DNA of 64,000 nucleotides from Pseudomonadota bacterium (GCA_022566215.1 JADFJJ010000001.1:53791-117790); one strand, 5' to 3'; shown: positions 45,715 to 57,380, numbered from the stretch's first letter. Notes: generated by a model from the sequence alone, not told the origin. Program-made: numbers and translations.

Positions 45715-47472
45715 TTGACCATCAGGCGTTTGCCAGAAAAACTCATCAACCGGATCGCCGCCGGCGAGGTGATTGAGCGTCCGGCCAACGTGGTCAAGGA
45801 GCTGGTTGAAAATTCGCTCGATGCCAGCGCTGGCAAAATTGATGTCTGGATTGAAACCGGCGGCAAAGCCTTGATCGTGGTTGCCGACGATGGTTCTGGT
45901 ATGTCCAGGGATGAACTTCTCTTAAGCCTTGAGCGGCACGCTACCTCGAAATTGCCTGAGGATGATCTTGAGCATATCGAGACCCTGGGGTTTCGGGGTG
46001 AGGCTTTGCCCTCGATTGCCTCGGTCAGCCGCCTCTGCATAACCAGCCGCGCAAAAGCTGGAAAGGAAGCATGGTCAATCAAGGTGGCGGGAGGAAAAAT
46101 GTTTGCTCCCAAGCCGGCGGCTCTGGCCCACGGCACCCGGGTTGAGGTCCGGGACCTTTTTTACGCAACCCCGGCCCGGCTGAAGTTTCTGAAAACCGAC
46201 CGGACCGAAGTTGGACGGATCCAGGAAGCCCTGAAACAGCTGGCCATGGCTTATCCTGAAGTGGGCTTTACCCTCAAGAGCGATGGCCGGACCTTGTTCC
46301 AGGTGAGCGCCTTGAAAGGGGACCCGGTTGAAATCAGGCTCAAGCGTCTTGGCGCCGTTCTTGGGGAAGATTTCATCAAGAACGCATTTTCTATCCGCGC
46401 CGAGCGGGAAGGGCATACCTTAAGCGGTTTTGCCGCGGTCCCGACCTATAACCGGGGCAATGCCCAACACCAGTTTTTGTTTGTTGGCGGCCGTCCGGTC
46501 CGGGACCGGTTGCTGCTGGGCGCGGTCAGGGGAGCTTACAGGGATTACCTTGCCCGGTCCCGCCACCCTGTTCTGGCGCTGTTTCTGGATGTTCCTCCGG
46601 AGTTCCTCGATGTCAACGTTCACCCGGCCAAGGCCGAGGTCCGTTTTCGCGATGCCGCCCTGGTGCGGGGCCTGATTGTCAGCTCCTTGCGTCAGGCCCT
46701 GCAGGCGGCCGGCCACAAAGCCTCCACAACGATTGCTGATCAGGTACTGGAAAAAGCGCTTCCCCGCTTCTATCCCCAGGGCGGCAACAGGCCCTCGCAT
46801 GGGGCTTTTTCCGGTCTGCAAGAACCGCTGTTTTCAGGGACCGCCCCCACGGCCAGGGTGGAAATGGAGGAAGAGGATCAGCACCTGGAACAGTTTCCGC
46901 TCGGCGCTGCCCGCGCCCAGTTGCACGAGACCTACATCATCGCCCAGACCAGGGATGGTCTGGTCGTGGTCGACCAGCACGCCGCCCATGAACGCTTGGT
47001 TTACGAAAAAATGAAAAAAATGCTCAGCAAACGCGGGATTGAACGCCAGGGACTTTTAATGCCCGAGGTGGTGGAACTGGATGAGGCGCTGGTTCATAAA
47101 CTGCTGAAGAGGAGCGATGAACTGGCTGAACTGGGACTGGTGATAGAGCCGTTCGGGGAGGGGGCGGTGGTGATCCGTGAAACCCCGGCGCTGCTTGGGG
47201 AAGTAGACGTCAAAGGTTTGATCCTGGATATAGCGGATGACCTGGCGGATATGGACGAATCGCTGAAACTTAAGGAGAAACTTGAGGACGTCTGCTCCAC
47301 CATGGCATGCCACGGCAGCGTGCGTGCCGGCCGCCGTCTGACGCGGGAGGAGATGAACGCCCTGCTGCGTGAAATGGAAGCCACCCCCCATTCAGGTCAA
47401 TGCAGTCATGGCCGTCCGACCTATGTGGAACTGAAACTGGCTGATATAGAGCGGCTGTTCGGCCGCCGGTAA
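45715..47472 (+). CDS. mutL: DNA mismatch repair protein MutL
   Basis: It begins [36 protein letters not shown] (GHKL ATPase). I chose the TTG at 45715 with an AAGGGGAG upstream. The track start is the TTG at 45697. Confidence 0.95.
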   Translation: MTIRRLPEKLINRIAAGEVIERPANVVKELVENSLDASAGKIDVWIETGGKALIVVADDGSGMSRDELLLSLERHATSKLPEDDLEHIETLGFRGEALPSIASVSRLCITSRAKAGKEAWSIKVAGGKMFAPKPAALAHGTRVEVRDLFYATPARLKFLKTDRTEVGRIQEALKQLAMAYPEVGFTLKSDGRTLFQVSALKGDPVEIRLKRLGAVLGEDFIKNAFSIRAEREGHTLSGFAAVPTYNRGNAQHQFLFVGGRPVRDRLLLGAVRGAYRDYLARSRHPVLALFLDVPPEFLDVNVHPAKAEVRFRDAALVRGLIVSSLRQALQAAGHKASTTIADQVLEKALPRFYPQGGNRPSHGAFSGLQEPLFSGTAPTARVEMEEEDQHLEQFPLGAARAQLHETYIIAQTRDGLVVVDQHAAHERLVYEKMKKMLSKRGIERQGLLMPEVVELDEALVHKLLKRSDELAELGLVIEPFGEGAVVIRETPALLGEVDVKGLILDIADDLADMDESLKLKEKLEDVCSTMACHGSVRAGRRLTREEMNALLREMEATPHSGQCSHGRPTYVELKLADIERLFGRR

Positions 47473-47480
47473 AAACCTCT

Positions 47481-48026
47481 TTAGACCGGGGTCAGGATAT
47501 GGGCTCTTCTTTTTCCCTGCCTGATACACTTTAACTCTTCAAACCTCAAAGGGATGTCAAAGCCATCCTTTTCTTCCCGCTCGACAACAATCAACCCCGC
47601 CGGGGCGACCCATTTGGCGGCGATCAGGCTTTCCAGGGTTGGACCGGTCAAACCCCGGCCATAAGGCGGGTCCATAAAGATCAGGCCGTAGGGTTTATCC
47701 GCCTCCGGCAGGTTCCGGGCGTCCGCAGTCAAAACTTCCGCCCGCCCGCCCATGTCAAAGCGGTCGATGTTCTGGCGAATGAGGTCAAGCGATTGCCGGT
47801 GCTTTTCAACAAAACAGGCGAATGCCGCCCCCCGTGATAGCGCTTCCAGACCGAAGGCTCCGGTACCAGCGAATATATCGGCCACCCGCACCCCCTCAAA
47901 ACTCCCCAAACGGTGGGCCAGGGCATTAAATATGCTTTCCCTCAGGCGGTCGGCGGTGGGCCGGATGGCGCTGTCTTTCGGGGTCAGAAGGCGTCTCCCC
48001 CGGAATTCTCCCGCGATAATTCTCAT
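47481..48026 (-). CDS. rsmD: 16S rRNA (guanine966-N2)-methyltransferase
   Basis: It begins [13 protein letters not shown] and carries [18 protein letters not shown] and FMDPPY motifs. Confidence 0.85.
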   Translation of the reverse strand: MRIIAGEFRGRRLLTPKDSAIRPTADRLRESIFNALAHRLGSFEGVRVADIFAGTGAFGLEALSRGAAFACFVEKHRQSLDLIRQNIDRFDMGGRAEVLTADARNLPEADKPYGLIFMDPPYGRGLTGPTLESLIAAKWVAPAGLIVVEREEKDGFDIPLRFEELKCIRQGKRRAHILTPV

Positions 48027-48754
48027 TTTTTCCTTTTCCATATTTCCCGGATGCGATCCGCGCTAATTTCGCGGATTCCCTCGCGGTTCAGGTTTCCCAA
48101 CGCAAACGGGCCGAAATGAGTTCTGATCAGGTGGGTCACTTTCAGACCCAAATGTCCCAGAACCCTTTTCACTTCCCGGTTTTTCCCTTCCTTGAGGAAC
48201 AGGGTCAGCCAGGTATTGGTTCCCTGCACCTTTTCCACCTCGGCCCGGATCGGGCCATAATTAACCCCTTCGACCGTAATTCCTTTTTCCAGTTTTTTCA
48301 GCTTTTCCCGATCGACCTTGCCATGAACCCGGACCCGGTATTTCCGGCGGATGCCGGAGGATGGGTGTTCCAGATAGCGCGCCAGTTCCCCGTCATTGGT
48401 CAACAGCAGCAGCCCCTCGGTATTGATATCAAGCCGTCCGACCGAGATCACCCGGGGCAAGGTTTTCGGCAAGGCATCAAACAGGGTGGCCCGGCCAGCC
48501 TCGTCCCTGTGACTGGTCACCAGGCCCCGCGGCTTATGATACAGCCACAGCCGCGTTTCCTCTTTTCCGGCCACCGCTTCACCGTCAACTTTTACCTCAC
48601 AGGCGCTGCTGATAAAGGTGGCGGGAGAAGTAACAACCTTTCCTTCAAGCGTTATGCGCCCGGCCTTGATCATCTTTTCCACCTCGCGGCGCGAGGCCAC
48701 CCCGGCCCGGGCCAGCACCTTGGCGATTCGTTCTTTATTTTGACTTGTTTCCAT
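48023..48754 (-). CDS. RsuA/RluB-family rRNA pseudouridine synthase
   Basis: An S4 domain ([32 protein letters not shown]) is followed by the catalytic motif [18 protein letters not shown] chose the ATG at 48754. The track's upstream extension looks non-coding. Confidence 0.85.
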   Translation of the reverse strand: METSQNKERIAKVLARAGVASRREVEKMIKAGRITLEGKVVTSPATFISSACEVKVDGEAVAGKEETRLWLYHKPRGLVTSHRDEAGRATLFDALPKTLPRVISVGRLDINTEGLLLLTNDGELARYLEHPSSGIRRKYRVRVHGKVDREKLKKLEKGITVEGVNYGPIRAEVEKVQGTNTWLTLFLKEGKNREVKRVLGHLGLKVTHLIRTHFGPFALGNLNREGIREISADRIREIWKRKK

Positions 48755-48838
48755 TTCTCCAACATAAAGGAGCGGCAGCCCGCCAGCAATCGGGTTTTGT
48801 GAAAACGGATGGGGATAAACTTGAAATTCAACAACCAC

Positions 48839-49273
48839 ATGATCGAAGCCTTTCACCAGGCGGAGCTGGCCCTGAATAGAGGGGAGGTTCCGGTCGGCGC
48901 GGTTCTGGTTGAGCCGAACACAAAGAAAATTCTGTCCGCCGATGGCAATCGCACGATTGAATTGAAAGACCCCAGCGCCCACGCCGAAATGCTGGTGATC
49001 CGGAAAGGCTGCCAGGTGCAGGGCAGCGAACGGCTGGAAGGCTGTGATCTTTATGTGACGATCGAGCCGTGTCCAATGTGCGCCGCCGCCATTTCATTCG
49101 CCCGGATACGGCGGCTTTATTTTGGCGCCGAGGATGAAAAAATGGGCGGAGTTATGAACGGTCCGCGTATTTTCACCAGCACCAGCTGTCATCACCAGCC
49201 GGAGGTTTTTGATGGCATAGGGGCTGGCAGAGCGAAAAAAATTATGCAAGAATTCTTTCGGCAAAAACGCTAA
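48839..49273 (+). CDS. tadA: tRNA adenosine(34) deaminase
   Basis: It has the CDA motifs HAEMLVIR and PCPMCAAA. The start is the ATG at 48839 (MIEAFHQAE). Confidence 0.9.
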   Translation: MIEAFHQAELALNRGEVPVGAVLVEPNTKKILSADGNRTIELKDPSAHAEMLVIRKGCQVQGSERLEGCDLYVTIEPCPMCAAAISFARIRRLYFGAEDEKMGGVMNGPRIFTSTSCHHQPEVFDGIGAGRAKKIMQEFFRQKR

Positions 49274-49294
49274 TAGCCTTGCCCAAGGGGGCTT

Positions 49295-50593
49295 ATGGAA
49301 AAACTGCAGCAAATGGCATCTGATTTCTGGACTTGGCTCCAGACCCAGGTTTTGATTCCTGATGCTCTGATCCAGATTGTGCTGGTTATTGGATTTGCAA
49401 TCCTCGCACACTTTGCGGCCAAGTTGATTAACAGGAAAATCACGGCGATATCACAAAGGGGCAAACTGCTGTCCAAGATTGAGGATTTTATCGATCCGCT
49501 TTATTTTCCAGCTGTCCTGCTGATATTCATTGTTATTGCCCAGGTGGCGGGAAAACTTCTGGGCTACCCGGTTGAGGTTCTCATTATCGCTGGAAACCTG
49601 GCCACGGCCTGGATCGTAATCAGGCTTCTGACCCGCTTTATAACCAATCAACAGCTGGCCAGGACTGTCGCGCTTCTGATCTGGGTCATCGCCGCACTCA
49701 ATATTTTTAATTTGCTGAAACCCCTGATACAAATTCTGGAAAGCGCTGCAATCCAGATCGGGGACACCACCGTAAGCGCCTATAATATTATCTGGGGTTT
49801 GCTGACGTTAATTTTTTTCGTCTGGGTGGCGGTGGCCCTGTCCAAGATCATTGAGGCCCAGCTTAAGACCATACGGGGGGTTACCCCGTCGGTGCGGGTA
49901 TTGCTGGTCAAAGTCAGTAAGATTTTTCTGATCACCATTGCCTTTTTGGTCGGTCTGAACACCATGGGAATCGACCTGACGGCGCTGGCGGTCTTTGGTG
50001 GGGCGCTTGGCGTCGGGCTTGGGTTTGGCCTGCAGAAAGTGGTCTCCAACTTTATCTCAGGGGTCGTGCTGGTGATGGACAAGTCAATCAAACCCGGCGA
50101 TGTTATCGAGATTCAGGACACCTTCGGCACAATCAACAAAATGGCCGCCCGCTATACTTCGGTGATAACCCGGGATGGCACCGAATACCTGATCCCCAAC
50201 GAGGATATGGTCACCCAGCCGGTGATCAACTGGTCACACACCAACCGGGTGGTACGGCGTAAAATTCCAGTCACCGTGGCTTACAAGACAGACCTTTACC
50301 GAGCCCGGGAGATCATGAATGAAGCCGCCGCCGCACACGAACGGGCGCTGGAGGACCCAAAACCGATTACCCACGTCCTCGGTTTCGGCGATAGCGGGGT
50401 TGAACTTCAGCTTCGTTTCTGGATCAACGATCCCGAGAACGGCGTCACCAATGTTTCAAGCGAGGTAATGCTGTTCATCTGGGATAAATTCCAAGAAGAG
50501 GGAATTGAATTTCCCTACCCGCAACGGGTTATTCATTTTGCCGGGGATACACCATCAAAGAAGCGGAAGCTTAAGAAGAAAAAATCCAGGTAG
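49295..50593 (+). CDS. mechanosensitive ion channel, MscS family
   Basis: 432 aa. Several TM helices precede an MscS pore/beta-domain pattern (GVGLGFGLQKVVSNFISGVVLVMDKSIKPGDVIEI). Confidence 0.85.
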   Translation: MEKLQQMASDFWTWLQTQVLIPDALIQIVLVIGFAILAHFAAKLINRKITAISQRGKLLSKIEDFIDPLYFPAVLLIFIVIAQVAGKLLGYPVEVLIIAGNLATAWIVIRLLTRFITNQQLARTVALLIWVIAALNIFNLLKPLIQILESAAIQIGDTTVSAYNIIWGLLTLIFFVWVAVALSKIIEAQLKTIRGVTPSVRVLLVKVSKIFLITIAFLVGLNTMGIDLTALAVFGGALGVGLGFGLQKVVSNFISGVVLVMDKSIKPGDVIEIQDTFGTINKMAARYTSVITRDGTEYLIPNEDMVTQPVINWSHTNRVVRRKIPVTVAYKTDLYRAREIMNEAAAAHERALEDPKPITHVLGFGDSGVELQLRFWINDPENGVTNVSSEVMLFIWDKFQEEGIEFPYPQRVIHFAGDTPSKKRKLKKKKSR

Positions 50594-50603
50594 AGAAACT
50601 GCT

Positions 50604-51893
50604 CTAACCGTTTTCCCGCTCAATCGCCCGCCAGCCGATATCGGACCTGCAAAACCCCTCCGGCCAGTCAATCTTTTCAATCGCACCGTAAGCCCTGTCA
50701 CGTGCTTCGGTGACAGTCTTTCCCAAGGCGGTCACATTCAGAACCCGCCCCCCGGTGGCAAGAATTTCCCCATCTTTTCTAGCGGTTCCAGCATGGAATA
50801 TAAACACATCATCCGGCTTTCCGGCGGCCCGAAGGCCCCGGATCACTGTTCCTTTTTGATAAGAGGCGGGATAACCTTTGGCCGCCATCACCACCGCCAT
50901 CGCCACCCCGGGAGACCATTTGAATTTTATTTTATCGAGCGTACCGTCGATTACCGCCAGCATTGCCGGGACCAGGTCGGATTCCAGACGGAACAGAATC
51001 ACCTGGCATTCCGGGTCGCCGAAACGGCAATTGAATTCGATCAACTGAGGGCCGCTATCGGTGATCATCAACCCGGCGTAGAGAACGCCCTTATAAGAGT
51101 ACCCTTCCGCATCCATGGCGGCCACGGCCGGTTGGATAATCTCTTCCATCACCTGGTTACACATCGCCTTGGTCATCACCGGCGCTGGGGAATAGGCCCC
51201 CATACCGCCGGTGTTCGGCCCCTGGTCATTGTCATAGGCGCGCTTGTGGTCCTGGGAGGTAGCCAGCGGTACAATATTCTTGCCATCGATCAGCGCCAGG
51301 TAGCTGGCCTCTTCCCCGACCAGCATTTCTTCAATCACCACGCTGTTTCCGGCCTCGCCGAACCGGCCGCCAAAAATATCGGCATTGGCCGCCCGGGCCT
51401 GCTCTTTGGTTTCGGCTATGATGACCCCCTTGCCGGCCGCCAGGCCATCGGCCTTGATAACAATCGGCGCTCCCGTTGCTTCAATATAGGCGTTGGCTTC
51501 ATCAAGAGAATAGCATCTTTTATAGGCGGCGGTCGGAATACTGTATTTGGCGCAAATATCCTTGGTATACCCTTTGGACCCTTCCAGTTGGGCGGCCCCA
51601 GCCGAGGGGCCGAAGGCCTTGATGCCTTGCTTTTCCAGGTCGTCAACCAGGCCGTTCACCAGCGGCGCCTCGGGACCGACGACAACCAGGCCGATATCCT
51701 TTTCCCGGCAAAAGTCAGCAACCACACCGTGATCGGCTGAATCCAGCGGGAGGCAAATAGCCTCTCCCTCAATCCCGCCGTTGCCGGGGGCGCAATAGAG
51801 GGTATCCACCATCCCGGACTGTCTGATTTTCCAGCACAGCGCGTGTTCACGCCCGCCCCCGCCTATCACCAAAACATTCACGTTTTTCCCCAC
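50604..51893 (-). CDS. purD: phosphoribosylamine--glycine ligase
   Basis: 429 aa starting NVLVIGGGGREHALCWK. ATP-grasp motifs run throughout. Confidence 0.97.
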   Translation of the reverse strand: MGKNVNVLVIGGGGREHALCWKIRQSGMVDTLYCAPGNGGIEGEAICLPLDSADHGVVADFCREKDIGLVVVGPEAPLVNGLVDDLEKQGIKAFGPSAGAAQLEGSKGYTKDICAKYSIPTAAYKRCYSLDEANAYIEATGAPIVIKADGLAAGKGVIIAETKEQARAANADIFGGRFGEAGNSVVIEEMLVGEEASYLALIDGKNIVPLATSQDHKRAYDNDQGPNTGGMGAYSPAPVMTKAMCNQVMEEIIQPAVAAMDAEGYSYKGVLYAGLMITDSGPQLIEFNCRFGDPECQVILFRLESDLVPAMLAVIDGTLDKIKFKWSPGVAMAVVMAAKGYPASYQKGTVIRGLRAAGKPDDVFIFHAGTARKDGEILATGGRVLNVTALGKTVTEARDRAYGAIEKIDWPEGFCRSDIGWRAIERENG

Positions 51894-52015
51894 GGTTTCC
51901 GCTCCATGGTTTCTCTAGCACAAGGCATGCCAGGCTAGATACCGCAAAGTTGCAGGTTGCCGTATGCTTCTTACTTTGGCATGCTAGCGCTTTGAATGAG
52001 GCTTGAAAAAATACC

Positions 52016-53374
52016 GTGACGGATAAACAAAACAACCTCCCCGAATTCAGCGTCAGTGAGCTGTCCCAGGCCCTGAAACGCTCGATCGAGAAAACCTTTT
52101 CCTATGTCCGTGTTCGCGGGGAAATTTCCGGATGTACGCGCCCGGCCTCGGGCCATTTGTATCTTTCCCTGAAGGATGAAAAAGCCGTTCTGGAAGCTGT
52201 GTGCTGGCGCGGGGTTGCACAAAAGATCCCGTTCAAGCCGGAAGACGGCCTTGAAGTGGTGGCGGAAGGAAAACTCAGCACTTACCCGCAGCGTTCAAAA
52301 TACCAGTTGATCATCAGCCGGATGGAGCTGGCGGGCGAGGGCGCCCTGATGGCGCTTCTGGAAGAGCGCAAGAAAAAACTGGCTGCTGAAGGGTTGTTTG
52401 CCGAAGAGCGCAAAAAACCACTGCCCCATATTCCTACCGTTATCGGCGTGGTTACATCCCCCACCGGGGCCGTGATCCAGGATATTCTGCACCGCTTGTC
52501 GGATCGCTTTCCGCGTCATGTGTTGGTGTGGCCGGTCCAGGTTCAGGGGGAGGCCGCCGCCGGCCAGATCGCCCGGGCGATAGCAGGCTTCAACGCCTTG
52601 GAGCCGGGAGGAAAAATTCCCAGGCCGGACCTTCTGATTGTCGCCCGCGGCGGCGGTTCAATGGAAGACCTGTGGCCCTTCAATGAAGAAGTGGTGGTGC
52701 GCGCCGCGGCGGCCAGTGAAATTCCCCTGGTTTCAGCGGTTGGGCATGAAACCGATACCACCCTGATTGATTATGCCGCCGACCGGCGGGCCCCGACGCC
52801 TACCGCGGCCGCTGAGCTGGCCGTGCCGGTGCGCAGCGAATTGCAGTTCAGGACCGCTGACCTGGCCCGCCGGCTTGAGAAAGCGCGGCGGCGCTACATT
52901 GATTTCCTGGTGGATAAAATCAGGGGCCTGGGCCGTGGCATCCCATCACCAAGGGATATACTCGGCCTTGCCGGCCAAAGGCTGGATGATTTGGCGGCCC
53001 GGCTTCCACGCTCCTTGTTTTCACATCTGCAGGGCCAGACCATCCGGTTAGGCAGGGTGTCCCCGGGTTTGAGCGCCGCCGCTATTTGGCAAACCTTTGA
53101 CGTGAAGAAGACACGGTTTTCAGGACTGGCAAGGGTTTTAGAAACATTGAGCTACCACTCTGTCCTGCAAAGGGGATATGCGGTTGTCCGTGATACCGCA
53201 GGACAGGCGGTCACCGAGGCAAGAAGGGTCAGGCCCGGCAATGCGCTTGACATCGAATTTAAAGACGGGCATGTGCCGGTGGTGGCGAAAGGCGGTGCCA
53301 AACCTAGAGAAAAGCCCAAGCCCGGCCACAAAAAAACCACAACTTCGAAAAAAGATCAGGGGAGCTTGTTTTGA
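52016..53374 (+). CDS. xseA: exodeoxyribonuclease VII large subunit
   Basis: 452 aa with a GTG start. An OB-fold N-terminus ([24 protein letters not shown]) is followed by [15 protein letters not shown] and VGHETDTTL. Confidence 0.9.
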   Translation: MTDKQNNLPEFSVSELSQALKRSIEKTFSYVRVRGEISGCTRPASGHLYLSLKDEKAVLEAVCWRGVAQKIPFKPEDGLEVVAEGKLSTYPQRSKYQLIISRMELAGEGALMALLEERKKKLAAEGLFAEERKKPLPHIPTVIGVVTSPTGAVIQDILHRLSDRFPRHVLVWPVQVQGEAAAGQIARAIAGFNALEPGGKIPRPDLLIVARGGGSMEDLWPFNEEVVVRAAAASEIPLVSAVGHETDTTLIDYAADRRAPTPTAAAELAVPVRSELQFRTADLARRLEKARRRYIDFLVDKIRGLGRGIPSPRDILGLAGQRLDDLAARLPRSLFSHLQGQTIRLGRVSPGLSAAAIWQTFDVKKTRFSGLARVLETLSYHSVLQRGYAVVRDTAGQAVTEARRVRPGNALDIEFKDGHVPVVAKGGAKPREKPKPGHKKTTTSKKDQGSLF

Positions 53375-53571
53375 AAGGTTTTACAAAACTAGCGAAGGTT
53401 AGGTATGAGGCCGGGAATTTTGAGATTCTTGAGGCCGGGGATTATGTCCTGTGCGCGGTTACCGGGGAAAAAATACCTCTGGCCCGCCTGAGATACTGGT
53501 CGGTGGAGCGGCAGGAAGCCTATGCCACACCACAAGCCGCCATGAAACGCCACCAGGAAGTTGCGACATGA
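53371..53571 (+). CDS. DUF2093-like small protein
   Basis: 66 aa with the pattern [40 protein letters not shown]. It overlaps the xseA stop by 4 nt. Confidence 0.6.
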   Translation: MKGFTKLAKVRYEAGNFEILEAGDYVLCAVTGEKIPLARLRYWSVERQEAYATPQAAMKRHQEVAT

Positions 53572-54419
53572 ATAAAAACCGACAGATTTTTTCCTATTTT
53601 CTGCTTCCCATCACGTGCTTTTTGTTGGTCTTGACCTTAGGTTTCGCCACCCCTGCCCCGGCCCTCGAACTTTATGGAAACTTCAAACAGGGGGGACTGG
53701 TAATCGGCCACGAAGATCCCGGATTTGAGGCCTTTCTTGATAATATCCCGCTGAAAGTTGGCCCGGATGGGCGTTTTGTGTTCGGCTTTGGGCGTGAGGC
53801 CGGACCGGTTGTAACTTTAAGGATTGTTTACGCCGACGGAAAGGTTTCCGAGCAGACCTTCGATATTGAGGCGCGGGTCTATGATATTGAGCGCATCGAC
53901 GGCCTGCCGCCTAAAACCGTTATTATCCCGGAGGAGGAAAAAATCCGCCGTGAAAAAGAAACCGCCATGGTCAGGACCGCCCGCGCGGGGTCAAGCAATG
54001 ATCTGGATTGGGCTGAGGGATTTATTTTTCCGGCGGAGGGACGCATCAGCGGCGTTTACGGGTCGCAAAGGATTTTAAACGGGGAGCCGCGCTGGCCCCA
54101 TTTCGGTCTGGATATTGCCGCCCCGGTGGGAACCCCGGTAATGGCTCCGGCCGGGGGTGTGGTGCGCCTGGCGGAAGAGGATTTTTTGCTGGAAGGGGGC
54201 ATCATTATTATCGATCATGGTTTTGGGGTCACCTCGACCCTGATGCACCTTTCCTCGGTGGAGGTCACGACCGGTCAGCGGGTGGAACGCGGCGAGGTGA
54301 TCGCTGGGCTGGGGGCCACCGGACGGGTTTCGGGGCCGCATGTGGACTGGCGCATAAACTGGGGGCCGGTCCGCCTTGACCCGGCCCTGGCGCTCGATAT
54401 GGATGCTCTGGAATTTTAG
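53568..54419 (+). CDS. M23-family metallopeptidase
   Basis: The signal peptide starts at MNKNRQIF (ATG at 53568). It has the motifs HFGLDIAAPVGTPVMAPAGGVV and HLS...GATGRVSGPHVDW. Confidence 0.85.
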   Translation: MNKNRQIFSYFLLPITCFLLVLTLGFATPAPALELYGNFKQGGLVIGHEDPGFEAFLDNIPLKVGPDGRFVFGFGREAGPVVTLRIVYADGKVSEQTFDIEARVYDIERIDGLPPKTVIIPEEEKIRREKETAMVRTARAGSSNDLDWAEGFIFPAEGRISGVYGSQRILNGEPRWPHFGLDIAAPVGTPVMAPAGGVVRLAEEDFLLEGGIIIIDHGFGVTSTLMHLSSVEVTTGQRVERGEVIAGLGATGRVSGPHVDWRINWGPVRLDPALALDMDALEF

Positions 54420-54426
54420 GTAGGAA

Positions 54427-55137
54427 TTGGTTGTGAAGCAAAGTTTGATCTATTTTACCAGCTCTCTATTACTTTCAGGCCTTTTGCTCCTGGCCGAAGG
54501 GCAGCGCGCCCTGGCCGGGGATATCAAGCTGGAAGGAGAAGTGACTTTCATGTCGGACCGGATTTTCCGCGGCCTTTCCCGTACCGGCGGCAATGTTGCC
54601 GGCTCCGGCATTCTGGACCTGGTTCATACCAACGGCTTTTATGCTGGGGTTTTTGTCGCCAATTTCAGTGATTCCTTCGGGCACGATGTGGAAACCGATT
54701 TTTATATCGGCTACACCACCTCCAGCGGAGCTTACGATTTCAACTTCGCTCTCTCTTATGATTCCTTCCATGGCGGCGGGGACAGCACCGGGTATTTTGA
54801 GTTTAGGGGATCAGTCGCCCGCGATTTCGGCTTGGCTTACCTGACCGCCGGGTTTGCCGTCACCCCGGACAAAAGAGAGTTTGGCGGCGGGCGCTCTATC
54901 TACACCTATATGGGTGCTGAAATTCCGCTGCCGTTTCCAAGTTTGCCGCCGATGTCGATCGATTTGAATGTCGGTTATGAGGATTTCGCCGGTGGTTTTA
55001 ACAAATGGGACTGGAGCGCCGGACTGTTTGTCGACTACAAAGGGCTGGAATGGGGCATCAGGTACAAGGAGACCAACCTGAAGGGCGTCCCGGGTTCAGG
55101 AGCCAAGGCGCTGGTTACCATCAGGAAGTATTTTTAG
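54427..55137 (+). CDS. TorF-family (TIGR02001-like) outer-membrane beta-barrel protein
   Basis: 236 aa with a signal peptide, alternating beta-strand pattern and a terminal aromatic residue (RKYF). The start may be the TTG at 54427 or the GTG at 54433. Confidence 0.6.
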   Translation: MVVKQSLIYFTSSLLLSGLLLLAEGQRALAGDIKLEGEVTFMSDRIFRGLSRTGGNVAGSGILDLVHTNGFYAGVFVANFSDSFGHDVETDFYIGYTTSSGAYDFNFALSYDSFHGGGDSTGYFEFRGSVARDFGLAYLTAGFAVTPDKREFGGGRSIYTYMGAEIPLPFPSLPPMSIDLNVGYEDFAGGFNKWDWSAGLFVDYKGLEWGIRYKETNLKGVPGSGAKALVTIRKYF

Positions 55138-55936
55138 GGATTCGCCCTTTTAGTTTTTCAAGGATTTGATCCTTTAGCGCGGGATTGGTTGCCACAATGC
55201 GGGCGATCCGTGTGTTTTCATTATTATAGGTAAACGGCCCGCCATCCGAGCCGCAACAAATGCCGCCGGCTTCGGTCACGATCAGGTCCGCAGCGGCAAG
55301 GTCCCACTCACTTTTTGGCCGGGCCGAAATGGCCGCATCAAATTCGCCGGCGGCGACAGAAACAACGCGGAGAGCAAATGACTGGTATTTGCTGTAAGTG
55401 ACATTCCGCCAGGGACTTTGCCAGCGCTTAGGGCGGTCAAAATAGTCTTCGTCCCCCTGAAGTTTCATGCCCTCCACAACTCTGGCCCCACTGACCTGGA
55501 TTAGTTTGCCATTCAGTGTTGCGCCCGCCCCCTCAAGCGCCAAATAAAGTTCCTTCCGGGCCGGAGAAAATATCGCGCCGACGACCGGTTTGCCATCCTT
55601 CACCAGTGCGGCGCAAATGGTAAAATCATCCCTTCCCTTGATCAGGGCTCTGGTGCCGTCAATGGGATCCACCACCCAAACATACTTTAAGTTCAGTCTT
55701 TCCCGGTCATCGACGCTTTCCTCGGAAAGCCACCCGTAGCCCGGCCTGGCTTTTGTCAACGCCTGTTTCAGATATTCGTTTACCTTAAGGTCAATTTCCG
55801 TGACCGGCTCATAACCTCCTTTCAGCCAGGTTTTGAAATCCTTTGTTTGCAGGCCTTTCAAGGCGATCTCTCCGGCTTTCAGGACCGCTTCCCGGGCGAG
55901 ATCAAAATTCTCCTTCAATGTGAATTTTCCTGTCAT
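55121..55936 (-). CDS. inositol monophosphatase / CysQ-family phosphatase
   Basis: 271 aa with the motifs WLSEES, WVVDPIDGT and WDLAAADLIV. Confidence 0.8.
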   Translation of the reverse strand: MTGKFTLKENFDLAREAVLKAGEIALKGLQTKDFKTWLKGGYEPVTEIDLKVNEYLKQALTKARPGYGWLSEESVDDRERLNLKYVWVVDPIDGTRALIKGRDDFTICAALVKDGKPVVGAIFSPARKELYLALEGAGATLNGKLIQVSGARVVEGMKLQGDEDYFDRPKRWQSPWRNVTYSKYQSFALRVVSVAAGEFDAAISARPKSEWDLAAADLIVTEAGGICCGSDGGPFTYNNENTRIARIVATNPALKDQILEKLKGRIPKNTS

Positions 55937-57279
55937 GCGCCGGCCACCATCATTTCCCCCAGCAGGACTGTTGGGGCATTAATGGCATTTTTAAATTCCA
56001 GGTCGCTGGCAGGGGTCAGGTTCAGGAACATGTCTTTCAGGTTTCCGGCGATCGTGACCTCGTTGACCGGATGGGCGATCTCACCCCCCTCAATCCAGAA
56101 TCCGGTGGCGCCACGGCTGTAATCCCCGGTTACCAGATTGACCCCCATGCCGATCAGTTCGGTCACCAGGAATACGGACCCAATCTCCTTCAGCATTCCC
56201 GGGGCGGAAAGGGTTCCATTTTCCATATAAAAATTGGTCGGCGCCGGATAGGGGGGAGAAGCCAGTCCCCGTGCCGCATGGCCAGTGGTTTTCAGTTTCA
56301 ACTCCCGCGCCGACGGCGCATCCAGCAGCCAGGATTGCAAAATCCCATCCCGGACCATCACCAGGGGTTCAGCGGCAACCCCTTCGGCATCAAATGGGCG
56401 CGAGGCCAGGCCGCGTTTCCTTAAGGGGTCATCAATAATCCGGATGCCCCTGGAAAAAACCTGGCCTTCCATCGCATCCTTCAAAAAGGACGTTCCTCTG
56501 GCAATTGCCTGGCCGTTGATGGCGCCGCTGAAATGGCCCAGCAGGCTGGCGGAAATCCGCCGTGAGAAAATGACCGGAACCGGCCCGGTTTTGATCTTCC
56601 TGGGGTTTAATCTTTTTACGGTCCGCTCGGCAGCTTTTCTTCCGATCTCCTCCGGGGTTTTCAGGTCAGCCAAAAAGCGGGTGGTGGAATATTCATAATC
56701 CCGCTCCATCCCGGCCCCCTGACCAGCGATTACCGCCACTGACAGGGAAAAACTTGAGGACGAATAACTGCCGCGAAACCCTTTTGAGGTCAGAAAGTAT
56801 ATTGTCTTTTTAGACCATCCCGCTCCGGCCCCTTCGGAATTGGTGATGGCCTTTTCCTCAAGGGCCGCGATTTCGGCCCGGAGCGCCATTTCCTTCAGGT
56901 CATCTGCCGGGGGCTGGGCGCTGTCAAAAATCTCGAGGTCTTTATGTGAATTTGAGGCCAGTTCATCCCCTTCGATTAAACCGCAATAAGGGTCTTCCGG
57001 GGAAACCTTGGCGATTTGCACCGCTTCGCTGACCAGCTTTTTCAGGGCCTTCCCGGAAAGGTCGGAGGTCGAAAGCGAGGTTTGGCGCTTGCCGCAAAAC
57101 GCCCGTAATCCCAAAGCGGTTCCCGAGGGACGTTCAATATGTTCCAGCCGCCCATGCCGGACACTGGCGGAAACCCCATCATGGCTGACAAAAACGGCTT
57201 CTGCGGCATCACACCCCGCCTTCAGGGTTTGCTTGATAAGATCGTCCAGAAGATTGAAAGTATTGTCCAGATTGCTCAT
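55933..57279 (-). CDS. pmbA: TldD/PmbA-family metalloprotease, PmbA-like
   Basis: 448 aa with the C-terminal pattern GDYSRGATGFWIEGGEIAHPVNEVTIAGNL. Confidence 0.85.
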   Translation of the reverse strand: MSNLDNTFNLLDDLIKQTLKAGCDAAEAVFVSHDGVSASVRHGRLEHIERPSGTALGLRAFCGKRQTSLSTSDLSGKALKKLVSEAVQIAKVSPEDPYCGLIEGDELASNSHKDLEIFDSAQPPADDLKEMALRAEIAALEEKAITNSEGAGAGWSKKTIYFLTSKGFRGSYSSSSFSLSVAVIAGQGAGMERDYEYSTTRFLADLKTPEEIGRKAAERTVKRLNPRKIKTGPVPVIFSRRISASLLGHFSGAINGQAIARGTSFLKDAMEGQVFSRGIRIIDDPLRKRGLASRPFDAEGVAAEPLVMVRDGILQSWLLDAPSARELKLKTTGHAARGLASPPYPAPTNFYMENGTLSAPGMLKEIGSVFLVTELIGMGVNLVTGDYSRGATGFWIEGGEIAHPVNEVTIAGNLKDMFLNLTPASDLEFKNAINAPTVLLGEMMVAGA

Positions 57280-57344
57280 GCCGGGGCTGCCGTTGATTGT
57301 TCGCCAGGTTAGCCCAGTTGATTAGCACACTTTTCCCTGGGCGA

Positions 57345-57380
57345 CATAAAAAAGACCCCCGCTTTTTGAGGGCGGGGGCC
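57345..57380 (-). terminator. rho-independent terminator closing the ubiA-ubiD transcription unit
   Basis: The minus strand reads GGCCCCCGCcctcaaaaaGCGGGGGtcttttttat. It is a 7-bp GC stem followed by a T-run. Confidence 0.65.

Noticed and set aside
45142-46136. Minus-strand ORFs of 147-165 aa overlapping the DUF3035 lipoprotein gene and the mutL 5' end.
   Set aside because: They have no motifs and overlap well-supported + strand genes. The same reasoning applies to 48116..48802 (antisense to the pseudouridine synthase), 58506..59123 (antisense to ubiD) and 22222..22737 (antisense to coq7).
50505-51740. A 411-aa + strand ORF covering most of the purD locus.
   Set aside because: It is antisense to an unmistakable PurD reading frame. 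Its translation is low-complexity (G/R/P/H-rich) with no recognisable motifs. This is a typical shadow ORF.
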